DNA of 32,000 nt. Origin: Mycobacterium tuberculosis H37Rv (lineage in GTDB: Bacteria; Actinomycetota; Actinomycetes; Mycobacteriales; Mycobacteriaceae). Positions 20,512 through 29,709 of this stretch are shown here, piece by piece. The stretch spans positions 4,140,001-4,172,000 of the forward strand of contig NC_000962.3 of the NCBI RefSeq assembly GCF_000195955.2. The letters are read 5' to 3'. Both the position numbers and the translations under genes were made by a program. The notes beneath the pieces are model-generated. The model searched no databases. It had not been told where the DNA came from and saw nothing but the letters and a program-made list of their open reading frames with translations. Numbering within the stretch: the stretch's first letter is position 1; each line of letters begins with the position of its first letter.

Positions 20512-20913
20512 TCAGATCCCTGGTACAGGTGGTGCGCCCGGCGCACCCGGCATACCCGGCATACCCGGCATACCTGGCGCTCCCGGCGGCGCAGCCGGTG
20601 GTGCCGGCGGGCGCATCGCGCCGGCCAATGCACCCAGCCGTTCCTGCGCCATCTTCGTCACCTGCTGGGACGCGTCGCGCATCGCACCGACGATCAGGTC
20701 CTGCAAGGTCTCGATGTCGTCGGGATCGACGACCTTGGGGTCGATCGTCACGCCGATCACCTCCCCGCTGCCTTTGACGACGACCTTGACCAGGCCCCCA
20801 CCGGCTTGACCGTGCACCTCAGAGTTCGCCAGCTGTTGCTGGGCCTCCAGGAGCTTTTGCTGCATCTGCTGCGCCTGAGCGAGCAGCGCCGACATGTCGC
20901 CTCCGGGTTGCAT
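20512..20913 (-). CDS. ybaB: YbaB/EbfC-family nucleoid-associated protein with a Pro/Gly/Met-rich C-terminal tail
   Basis: 133 aa. The YbaB core is [36 protein letters not shown]. It sits immediately upstream of recR, which is the classical pairing. Confidence 0.95.
20537..20590. repeat. 9-bp tandem repeat (CCCGGCATA x3 perfect, flanked by degenerate copies) inside the ybaB tail
   Basis: Perfect copies lie at 20546..20554, 20555..20563 and 20564..20572, and degenerate CCCGGCNNN copies lie on both sides. On the minus strand the array encodes [20 protein letters not shown]. Confidence 0.8.
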
Positions 20914-21047
20914 GACAGTCCCCTAGCATCTTGGTCTCGAGTTGGTTTCGCCTGTGGTTGTCGGGCGATTCGGAACATTCAGCCTAGACCGCGCCGCGTT
21001 ACCTTTGCGCCGTGGACCTACGAGTTGGCCCGCGTGTCGGGTTCGCC

Positions 21048-21773
21048 ATGATAGTCGGGGTACTCGTCGCAGCAGCGACGCCGATCATCTCGTCCGCGAG
21101 CGCAACCCCCGCCAACATCGCCGGCATGGTCGTCTTCATCGACCCCGGACACAACGGAGCCAACGACGCATCGATCGGCCGCCAGGTACCCACCGGTCGC
21201 GGCGGCACCAAGAACTGCCAGGCCAGCGGAACGTCAACCAACAGCGGCTACCCGGAGCACACCTTCACCTGGGAAACCGGGCTGCGGCTGCGGGCCGCGT
21301 TGAACGCATTGGGGGTTCGGACCGCCCTGTCACGTGGCAACGACAACGCGCTCGGACCGTGTGTCGATGAGCGCGCCAATATGGCCAACGCGTTGCGCCC
21401 CAACGCGATCGTGAGCCTGCACGCCGACGGCGGACCGGCGTCTGGCCGCGGATTCCACGTCAACTACTCGGCCCCGCCGCTCAACGCGATACAGGCCGGT
21501 CCCTCGGTTCAGTTCGCTCGAATCATGCGCGACCAGCTGCAGGCCTCGGGCATTCCGAAGGCGAACTACATCGGCCAGGACGGCCTGTACGGACGTTCGG
21601 ACTTGGCCGGCCTGAACCTAGCCCAATATCCGTCGATCCTGGTCGAGTTGGGCAACATGAAGAACCCCGCGGACTCGGCGCTGATGGAGTCCGCCGAGGG
21701 CAGGCAAAAATACGCCAACGCCCTGGTTCGCGGCGTCGCCGGCTTCCTGGCCACCCAGGGCCAGGCGCGTTAG
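21048..21773 (+). CDS. ami1: Secreted N-acetylmuramoyl-L-alanine amidase (amidase_3 family)
   Basis: The ATG at 21048 gives MIVGVLVAAATPIISSASA/TPA, a signal peptide. Motifs VVFIDPGHNG, SLHADG and VELGNMKN are typical of zinc amidase_3 enzymes. Confidence 0.9.
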   Translation: MIVGVLVAAATPIISSASATPANIAGMVVFIDPGHNGANDASIGRQVPTGRGGTKNCQASGTSTNSGYPEHTFTWETGLRLRAALNALGVRTALSRGNDNALGPCVDERANMANALRPNAIVSLHADGGPASGRGFHVNYSAPPLNAIQAGPSVQFARIMRDQLQASGIPKANYIGQDGLYGRSDLAGLNLAQYPSILVELGNMKNPADSALMESAEGRQKYANALVRGVAGFLATQGQAR

Positions 21774-21814
21774 CCCCGCACACAGGCGGCACCCCCACCG
21801 CGCCCGCATCGTCG

Positions 21815-22258
21815 TCAGGCGTCACCCTCGAGTTCGGTCTTGAGGTTGGACAGCACCTCGGCCTGGATCTTCTTCAGCCCTAGCGGCGCAAAGGTCTTCT
21901 CGAAGAAACCCTTGACCCCGCCCGCGCCGGTCCAGGTGGTCTTCACCGTGACGCTGGAACCGGGTCCGGCGGGAGCGACCGTCCAGTTGGTGACCATGGA
22001 CGAATTCATGTCCTTCTCGATGACGGTGTGCCCGGCAACGTCCACGTTCACCTGCACATCGCGAACACGCGACTGCGTCGCCTGCAGCCGCCACTTGGCG
22101 ACTGTGCCCCGCCCCTTGCCGCCCTCGAGCACCTGGTACTCGCTGTAGTGCGGGGACAGGATTTTAGGACGGACGGTCTCATAGTCGGCCAGCGCGTCGA
22201 GTGTGGCCGTGGGCTCAGCATTGATCAAGATCGTGCTGGCTGCGCTCACCTGTCCCAT
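21815..22258 (-). CDS. SRPBCC (polyketide cyclase/START-like) superfamily protein (Rv3718c-like)
   Basis: 147 aa. A perfect AAGGAG SD sequence lies 11 nt upstream of the ATG at 22258. The assignment to SRPBCC proteins rests on size and beta-rich composition and is partly from memory. Confidence 0.8.
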   Translation of the reverse strand: MGQVSAASTILINAEPTATLDALADYETVRPKILSPHYSEYQVLEGGKGRGTVAKWRLQATQSRVRDVQVNVDVAGHTVIEKDMNSSMVTNWTVAPAGPGSSVTVKTTWTGAGGVKGFFEKTFAPLGLKKIQAEVLSNLKTELEGDA

Positions 22259-22305
22259 CAGGGCCGGACTCCTTCGTTTGTGATTGCTGCACCGCCCGCA
22301 CCCGG

Positions 22306-23718
22306 ATGCAGGGGCAGTTGTCGAGGACTAGGGTATATACGGTGCCTGTCCCTGGATCTGCACAGTCGGCTTACGCCTGCGGCGTCGAGCGGTTGCTGGC
22401 GAGCTATCGATCCATCCCCGCGACTGCATCCATCCGGCTTGCCAAGCCCACCTCAAATCTGTTCCGCGCCCGCGTCAAACACGATGCACGCGGCCTGGAC
22501 GCATCGGGACTGACCGGTGTCATCGGTATCGATCCCGAGGCCCGCACCGCCGACGTGGCCGGCATGTGCACATACGAGGACCTAATCGCCGCGACACTGC
22601 ACTACGGTCTGTCACCATTGGTGGTTCCGCAGCTGAGGACGATCACATTGGGCGGAGCGGTCACCGGCTTGGGTATCGAGTCGGCGTCGTTCCGCAACGG
22701 CCTGCCCCACGAGTCGGTGCTGGAGATGGATATCCTCACCGGCGCAGGAGAACTTCTCACCGTCTCGCCCGGACAGCACTCCGACTTGTACCGTGCATTC
22801 CCTAACTCGTATGGGACACTGGGCTATTCAACCCGGCTTCGAATCCAGCTGGAGCCGGTCCGGCCGTTTGTCGCGCTGCGGCACATCCGATTTAGCTCGT
22901 TGACGGCGATGGTGGCCGCAATGGAGCGCATCATCGACACCGGCGGACTGGACGGCGAATCGGTGGACTATCTCGACGGGGTGGTTTTCAGCGCTGACGA
23001 AAGCTACCTGTGCATCGGCATGCAGACGAGCGTACCGGGCCCGGTCAGCGACTACACCGGACAAGACATCTACTACCGGTCGATCCAACACGAGGCGGGG
23101 ATCAAGGAAGACCGGTTGACCATCCACGATTACTTCTGGCGCTGGGACACCGATTGGTTCTGGTGCTCACGATCGTTTGGTGCCCAAAACCCGCGGCTGC
23201 GCCGCTGGTGGCCGCGGCGCTACCGGCGTAGCAGTGTCTACTGGAGGTTGATGGCGCTCGATCAGCGCTTCGGGATCGCCGACCGGTTCGAGAACAGCAG
23301 GGGTCGTCCCGCGCGTGAACGGGTGGTGCAGGATATCGAAGTGCCGATCGAACGGACCTGCGAGTTTCTGGAGTGGTTCGGGGAAAACGTGCCCATTTCG
23401 CCAATCTGGTTGTGCCCGTTGCGGCTACGCGATCACGCCGGCTGGCCGCTGTACCCGATCCGGCCTGACCGTAGCTATGTCAACATCGGGTTCTGGTCGT
23501 CGGTGCCGGTTGGCGCCACCGAGGGCGCCACCAACCGCAAGATCGAGAACAAGGTGAGTGCGCTCGACGGGCACAAGTCGCTCTACTCCGACTCCTTCTA
23601 TACCCGCGAGGAGTTCGACGAGCTCTACGGCGGCGAGACTTACAACACTGTGAAGAAAGCCTACGATCCCGATTCGCGTCTCCTCGATCTTTACGCAAAG
23701 GCGGTGCAACGACGATGA
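22306..23718 (+). CDS. FAD-binding (PCMH-type) oxidoreductase, BfaA-like (Rv3719-like)
   Basis: 470 aa in the ORF track. The TSNLFRAR...GMCTYEDLIAATL...VVPQLRTITLGGAVTGLGIESASFRNGLPHE region is characteristic of an FAD_binding_4 domain. The stop overlaps the next gene's ATG (ATGA). An alternative leaderless GTG start at 22342 is described in the findings. Confidence 0.85.
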   Translation: MQGQLSRTRVYTVPVPGSAQSAYACGVERLLASYRSIPATASIRLAKPTSNLFRARVKHDARGLDASGLTGVIGIDPEARTADVAGMCTYEDLIAATLHYGLSPLVVPQLRTITLGGAVTGLGIESASFRNGLPHESVLEMDILTGAGELLTVSPGQHSDLYRAFPNSYGTLGYSTRLRIQLEPVRPFVALRHIRFSSLTAMVAAMERIIDTGGLDGESVDYLDGVVFSADESYLCIGMQTSVPGPVSDYTGQDIYYRSIQHEAGIKEDRLTIHDYFWRWDTDWFWCSRSFGAQNPRLRRWWPRRYRRSSVYWRLMALDQRFGIADRFENSRGRPARERVVQDIEVPIERTCEFLEWFGENVPISPIWLCPLRLRDHAGWPLYPIRPDRSYVNIGFWSSVPVGATEGATNRKIENKVSALDGHKSLYSDSFYTREEFDELYGGETYNTVKKAYDPDSRLLDLYAKAVQRR

Positions 23719-24998
23719 CAACGGGCAGACTCAGCATGGCCGAGATCCTGGAGATCTTCACCGCGACCGGGCAACACCCGCTGAAGTTCACCGCGTATGA
23801 CGGCAGCACCGCGGGACAAGACGACGCCACACTGGGCCTGGATCTTCGGACGCCCCGCGGCGCCACCTACTTAGCTACCGCTCCCGGCGAACTCGGCCTG
23901 GCCCGCGCTTATGTGTCGGGTGACCTACAGGCACACGGAGTACATCCCGGCGATCCGTACGAACTGCTCAAAACGCTGACCGAAAGGGTCGACTTCAAAC
24001 GGCCGTCGGCGCGGGTGCTGGCTAATGTGGTGCGCTCGATCGGCGTTGAGCACATACTGCCCATCGCGCCGCCACCCCAGGAGGCGCGACCCCGGTGGCG
24101 TCGAATGGCTAATGGCTTGCTGCACAGCAAGACCCGTGACGCCGAGGCTATCCATCACCACTACGACGTCTCCAACAACTTCTACGAGTGGGTGCTCGGG
24201 CCATCGATGACCTACACGTGCGCGGTGTTTCCGAACGCTGAGGCTTCGCTGGAGCAGGCCCAAGAGAACAAATACCGACTCATTTTCGAAAAGCTACGGC
24301 TAGAGCCGGGTGACCGGCTACTCGACGTCGGCTGCGGCTGGGGCGGCATGGTGCGCTACGCCGCCCGACGCGGTGTCCGGGTGATCGGCGCCACGCTCTC
24401 GGCCGAGCAGGCCAAGTGGGGCCAGAAAGCAGTCGAGGACGAGGGATTGAGCGACCTCGCGCAGGTGCGGCATTCCGACTACCGCGACGTAGCCGAGACC
24501 GGTTTCGACGCCGTTTCTTCGATCGGGCTAACCGAGCACATCGGCGTCAAGAATTACCCGTTCTACTTCGGGTTTCTCAAGTCGAAGTTGCGCACCGGCG
24601 GCTTGCTGCTCAATCACTGCATCACCCGCCACGACAACAGGTCGACGTCCTTTGCCGGCGGGTTCACCGACCGTTACGTTTTCCCCGACGGGGAGCTGAC
24701 GGGCTCGGGACGTATTACCACCGAGATCCAGCAGGTCGGCTTGGAAGTGCTGCACGAGGAGAACTTCCGCCATCACTACGCGATGACGCTGCGCGACTGG
24801 TGCGGCAACCTCGTCGAACACTGGGACGACGCGGTCGCCGAGGTCGGTCTGCCGACCGCCAAGGTGTGGGGCCTGTACATGGCGGCTTCGCGGGTGGCCT
24901 TCGAACGAAACAACCTGCAGCTACATCACGTATTGGCGACCAAGGTGGACCCCCGGGGCGACGACAGCTTGCCACTGCGGCCCTGGTGGCAGCCCTAG
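23715..24998 (+). CDS. Cyclopropane-fatty-acyl-phospholipid-synthase-like SAM methyltransferase (Rv3720-like; Cfa/BfaB type)
   Basis: The ORF track gives 427 aa. ATG 23715 overlaps the upstream stop; a second ATG lies at 23736. Motifs HYDVSNNFYEWVLGPSMTYTCA and LLDVGCGWGGM are CMAS-family hallmarks. Confidence 0.9.
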   Translation: MTTGRLSMAEILEIFTATGQHPLKFTAYDGSTAGQDDATLGLDLRTPRGATYLATAPGELGLARAYVSGDLQAHGVHPGDPYELLKTLTERVDFKRPSARVLANVVRSIGVEHILPIAPPPQEARPRWRRMANGLLHSKTRDAEAIHHHYDVSNNFYEWVLGPSMTYTCAVFPNAEASLEQAQENKYRLIFEKLRLEPGDRLLDVGCGWGGMVRYAARRGVRVIGATLSAEQAKWGQKAVEDEGLSDLAQVRHSDYRDVAETGFDAVSSIGLTEHIGVKNYPFYFGFLKSKLRTGGLLLNHCITRHDNRSTSFAGGFTDRYVFPDGELTGSGRITTEIQQVGLEVLHEENFRHHYAMTLRDWCGNLVEHWDDAVAEVGLPTAKVWGLYMAASRVAFERNNLQLHHVLATKVDPRGDDSLPLRPWWQP

Positions 24999-26731
24999 GC
25001 GTTGTCTATCCGGCGCGCGCCCAGCTCGTTCTGCAGCAGCTCGAGTGCAACCTCTTCCGGGTCGCGACGCGGCGACGGGTCGCCACGGCCGGCTTCGGCG
25101 AGCATGTGCTCCTCTTCGTCGCGCTGAGTGGAATTCGCTGTGGGGGCAGGGTTTACGGCCTTGGCGGTCGCCACGTTCGCTCCCCCGCCGACGGGTGATG
25201 CCGCCGCAGCCGGTTCACCGGTCTCACACCGCACCCGCCAGTTGACTCCCAGCGCGTCTTTAAGCGCCTCGGCGAGGACATCGGCGTTGCGCTGTTCGGA
25301 CAGCCGCCGCGCCAGCGGCGCCGATTCGTGGGTCAGCACCAGCGTGTTGTCCTCTAGCGCACGGACGGTGGCACCCGCCAGCATCACCTCGGTGGTACGG
25401 CTGCGCAGGCGCACCTTGTCGCGCACCGTCGGCCACATGGACCGAACCGCGGCCACGGTGGGTTCGCTCGAGGCCGGTGTGGGGGCCAGCACCGGTCTCG
25501 GTTCACGCGCGGGCTGGTGTTTCGGCTCGGCAGCCGCAGCCGACGGGCGTGGTACGGCTTGCGGCGCCGGGATCGACATGTCCAACCGGGTCTCGATCCG
25601 TTCGACCCGCTGCAACAGTGCCGATTCGGCGTCGCTCGCCGAGGGCAGCAGCAGTCGCGCGCAAACCACTTCCAGCAGCAGACGCGGCGCGGTCGCACCG
25701 CGCATCTCGCCTAGCCCGGCCTGCACCACCTCGGCATATCGGGTCAGGGTCGCCCGCCCGATCCGGGCGGCTTGCTCGCGCATCCGATCCAGCGCGTCTT
25801 CGGGCGCATCCACCACCCCGCGAGATGCCGCGTCGGGAACCGATTGCAGCACAATCAGGTCGCGGAATCGCTCCAGCAGATCGGTAGCGAAACGCCGAGG
25901 GTCATGTCCGCCATCGATCACCGATTCGATCGCCCCGAACAATGCGGCCGCATCGCAAGCGGCCAGTGCGTCGACCGCGTCGTCGATCAGGGCGACGTCG
26001 GTGACACCCAGCAGCCCCAGCGCCCGGGTGTAGGTCACGTGGGTGTCCGCGGCCCCAGCCAGCAATTGGTCCAGCACCGAGAGCGTATCCCGTGGGGAAC
26101 CTCCGCCGGCCCGGATCACCAACGGGTACACCGCATCGTCGACGACGACGCCCTCCTGCTCGCAGATCCGCGCGAGCAACGCCCGCATAGTGCGCGGCGG
26201 CAGCAGCCGGAACGGGTAGTGATGAGTGCGCGACCGAATCGTCGGCAGTACCTTCTCCGGTTCGGTGGTGGCGAATATGAAGATCAGGTGTTCGGGCGGT
26301 TCCTCCACGATCTTGAGCAGCGCGTTGAATCCCGCGGTGGTCACCATGTGCGCCTCGTCGACGATAAATACCCGGTACCGTGACTGGACCGGCGCATAGA
26401 ACGCGCGGTCCCGCAGCTCGCGGGTGTCGTCCACGCCGCCGTGGCTGGCGGCATCCAGCTCTACCACGTCGATGCTGCCGGGGGCGTTGGGCGCCAACGA
26501 AACGCAGGATTCGCAGACCCCGCACGGGTTGGCGGTAGGGCCCTGCGCACAGTTCAACGACCGCGCCAGGATACGCGCTGACGACGTCTTTCCGCAGCCA
26601 CGCGGCCCAGAGAACAGGTACGCGTGGTTGATCCGGCCGGCATCCAGCGCCACCGACAGCGGCGCGGTGACGTGCTCCTGCCCCACCACCTCCGCGAAGC
26701 TTGCCGGTCGGTACTTGCGGTAGAGAGCCAC
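24995..26731 (-). CDS. dnaX: DNA polymerase III tau subunit
   Basis: 578 aa with a GTG start. Motifs MALYRKYRP, the P-loop GPRGCGKTSSARILA, the zinc module CAQGPTANPCGVCESC and IVDEAHM are present. Its stop overlaps the convergent gene's stop (CTAG, 24995..24998). Confidence 0.95.
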   Translation of the reverse strand: MALYRKYRPASFAEVVGQEHVTAPLSVALDAGRINHAYLFSGPRGCGKTSSARILARSLNCAQGPTANPCGVCESCVSLAPNAPGSIDVVELDAASHGGVDDTRELRDRAFYAPVQSRYRVFIVDEAHMVTTAGFNALLKIVEEPPEHLIFIFATTEPEKVLPTIRSRTHHYPFRLLPPRTMRALLARICEQEGVVVDDAVYPLVIRAGGGSPRDTLSVLDQLLAGAADTHVTYTRALGLLGVTDVALIDDAVDALAACDAAALFGAIESVIDGGHDPRRFATDLLERFRDLIVLQSVPDAASRGVVDAPEDALDRMREQAARIGRATLTRYAEVVQAGLGEMRGATAPRLLLEVVCARLLLPSASDAESALLQRVERIETRLDMSIPAPQAVPRPSAAAAEPKHQPAREPRPVLAPTPASSEPTVAAVRSMWPTVRDKVRLRSRTTEVMLAGATVRALEDNTLVLTHESAPLARRLSEQRNADVLAEALKDALGVNWRVRCETGEPAAAASPVGGGANVATAKAVNPAPTANSTQRDEEEHMLAEAGRGDPSPRRDPEEVALELLQNELGARRIDNA

Positions 26732-26820
26732 GTCAGCAGGCTACCGACCCTAGGCGACGAGTGTGTTCGCAGCGTCGAATGTGAACGTTCGGCGTGATTT
26801 CGGCGCGCGGGTTCCCGCTC

Positions 26821-28176
<1,356 letters not shown>

Positions 28177-28191
28177 TCAGTGCCCCGGCTG

Positions 28192-28285
28192 AAGGGGACC
28201 CCGCGCACCCGACAGAGCCCGTTGACCCTTGCTGCCTTCCAGCCCTGGGGGAGTTCACAGGATAGACGCCGCGCGGGGTCCACCG
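28192..28285 (-). ncRNA. ffs: Signal recognition particle RNA (small bacterial 4.5S type)
   Basis: The minus strand reads GGACCCCGCGCGGCGUCUAUCCUGUGAACUCCCCCAGGGCUGGAAGGCAGCAAGGGUCAACGGGCUCUGUCGGGUGCGCGGGGUCC. The ends GGACCCCGCGC / GCGCGGGGUCC pair with each other, and the conserved domain IV core CAGG..GGAAGGCAGCAAGG is present. No ORF explains this interval. The ends are approximate. Confidence 0.8.
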
Positions 28286-28344
28286 TGAGTCTAATACCTG
28301 GGCTGGAACGCCCGGGACGGACTCAGCGGGCTACCATATGCTGC

Positions 28345-28430
28345 GGAGGATTCGCCTAGTGGCCTATGGCGCTCGCCTGGAACGCGGGTTGGGTTAACAG
28401 CCCTCGCGGGTTCAAATCCCGCATCCTCCG
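28345..28430 (+). tRNA. serT: tRNA-Ser, anticodon GGA, with a long variable arm; genomically encoded CCA follows at 28431..28433
   Basis: GGAGGATTCGCCTAGTGGCCTATGGCGCTCGCCTGGAACGCGGGTTGGGTTAACAGCCCTCGCGGGTTCAAATCCCGCATCCTCCG. The acceptor stem is GGAGGAT/ATCCTCC, the anticodon loop is CTGGAAC, and the T-arm is GCGGGTTCAAATCCCGC. Confidence 0.97.
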
Positions 28431-28446
28431 CCAGGTGGTCCGCAGC

Positions 28447-28482
28447 GCGGACGGGAACGCGGACGGGAACGCGGACGGGAAC
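28447..28482. repeat. 12-bp perfect tandem repeat x3 (GCGGACGGGAAC) just 3' of tRNA-Ser
   Basis: Identical copies lie at 28447..28458, 28459..28470 and 28471..28482. The repeat is intergenic. Confidence 0.9.
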
Positions 28483-28535
28483 AATGTGGGCTGGTCGGCT
28501 TCTCACCGGCTCGGTTCACCAGCCTAAGGAGGGGT

Positions 28536-29300
28536 ATGGGGCGCAAGGTCGCCGTGCTGTGGCACGCGTCGTTTTCGATTGGCGCCGGCGTCCTCTACTT
28601 CTATTTCGTATTGCCCCGTTGGCCTGAGCTGATGGGTGACACCGGACACTCGCTGGGGACTGGGCTCCGGATTGCCACGGGCGCGTTGGTCGGTCTGGCC
28701 GCACTGCCGGTGGTATTCACTTTGCTGCGCACCCGCAAGCCGGAGCTGGGCACCCCGCAGCTGGCGCTGTCAATGCGAATCTGGTCGATCATGGCTCACG
28801 TGCTGGCCGGCGCGCTGATCGTCGGCACCGCGATTAGCGAGGTCTGGCTCAGCCTGGATGCCGCCGGGCAGTGGTTGTTCGGGATCTACGGAGCTGCCGC
28901 CGCGATCGCGGTGCTCGGGTTCTTCGGGTTCTACCTGTCGTTTGTCGCCGAGCTGCCGCCGCCACCGCCGAAGCCGCTCAAGCCGAAGAAACCCAAGCAG
29001 CGACGCCTTCGCCGCAAGAAGACGGCCAAGGGCGACGAGGCTGAGCCGGAAGCCGCCGAAGAAGCCGAGAACACGGAGCTGGCGGCGCAGGAGGACGAGG
29101 AGGCCGTCGAAGCTCCCCCGGAAAGCATAGAAAGCCCGGGAGGTGAACCCGAGTCGGCGACCCGGGAAGCTCCGGCAGCAGAGACCGCCACCGCCGAGGA
29201 GCCCCGGGGCGGGTTACGGAATCGCCGCCCCACCGGCAAAACCTCACATCGACGCCGGCGCACTCGCAGCGGTGTCCAGGTCGCCAAGGTCGACGAATAG
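28536..29300 (+). CDS. Integral membrane protein (about 4 TM helices) with a polybasic then polyacidic disordered C-terminal tail (Rv3723-like)
   Basis: 254 aa. The hydrophobic N-terminal 140 aa are followed by PPPPPKPLKPKKPKQRRLRRKK, then an EAEPEAAEEAENTELAAQEDEEAVEAPPE stretch, and finally RRRRTRS. Confidence 0.85.
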   Translation: MGRKVAVLWHASFSIGAGVLYFYFVLPRWPELMGDTGHSLGTGLRIATGALVGLAALPVVFTLLRTRKPELGTPQLALSMRIWSIMAHVLAGALIVGTAISEVWLSLDAAGQWLFGIYGAAAAIAVLGFFGFYLSFVAELPPPPPKPLKPKKPKQRRLRRKKTAKGDEAEPEAAEEAENTELAAQEDEEAVEAPPESIESPGGEPESATREAPAAETATAEEPRGGLRNRRPTGKTSHRRRRTRSGVQVAKVDE

Positions 29301-29466
29301 CCGCGGTCAGGTGCTGTAGCGGCGGCTGTGAACCCTGCGACGCAATGTCGGCGTGTCACGTTGTCGGATTCACTGTCGCCGGCTAGCGCTTTCCCGTCAG
29401 AAGACGAGAAGCCTCCCCGATCTCCAACTAGCATCGAGATCGGGCTTGCGAAGGTTGGGTTGCAAA

Positions 29467-29709
29467 ATGGATGTCATCAGATGGGCTCGCCGGCTTGCGG
29501 TGGTGGCGGGCACAGCAGCGGCAGTGACCACTCCTGGGCTACTGAGTGCGCACGTTCCGATGGTCTCCGCCGAACCGTGTCCCGACGTCGAGGTGGTGTT
29601 TGCCCGTGGCACCGGGGAGCCACCTGGTATTGGCAGCGTCGGAGGACTGTTCGTCGACGCACTGCGTTTCCCAGGTTGGCGCCAAGTCACTCGGGGTCTA
29701 CGCCGTTAA
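29467..29709 (+). CDS. cut5a: N-terminal cutinase fragment (signal peptide plus first ~67 authentic residues, then frameshifted tail)
   Basis: [54 protein letters not shown]... The last 13 codons ([13 protein letters not shown]) are out of frame. Confidence 0.8.
   Translation: MDVIRWARRLAVVAGTAAAVTTPGLLSAHVPMVSAEPCPDVEVVFARGTGEPPGIGSVGGLFVDALRFPGWRQVTRGLRR

Noticed and set aside
24995-24998. 4-nt CTAG overlap of the convergent stops of the Cfa-like gene and dnaZX
   Set aside because: The overlap is real in the sequence. It is most simply a compact-genome coincidence, and there is no hairpin or other signal at the site.
25128-26033. 301-aa plus-strand ORF (and 24416..25198) antisense to dnaZX
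   Set aside because: These are Ser/Ala/Arg-rich low-complexity translations lying antisense to a gene with clear clamp-loader motifs.
24995-26731. Programmed frameshift or transcriptional-slippage site in dnaZX that would produce a gamma subunit
   Set aside because: I scanned the coding strand for A AAA AAG-like heptamers or A runs of 6 or more (T runs on the plus strand) and saw none. Nothing in the sequence supports an E. coli- or Thermus-type mechanism.
28291-28506. 71-aa minus-strand ORF covering tRNA-Ser and the 12-bp repeat (VRVPVRVPVRA)
   Set aside because: It runs antisense through a canonical tRNA, and its repetitive peptide simply reflects the DNA repeat.
28345-28535. Integrated element at the tRNA-Ser 3' flank
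   Set aside because: There is no integrase, no duplicated tRNA 3' end and no compositional shift downstream.
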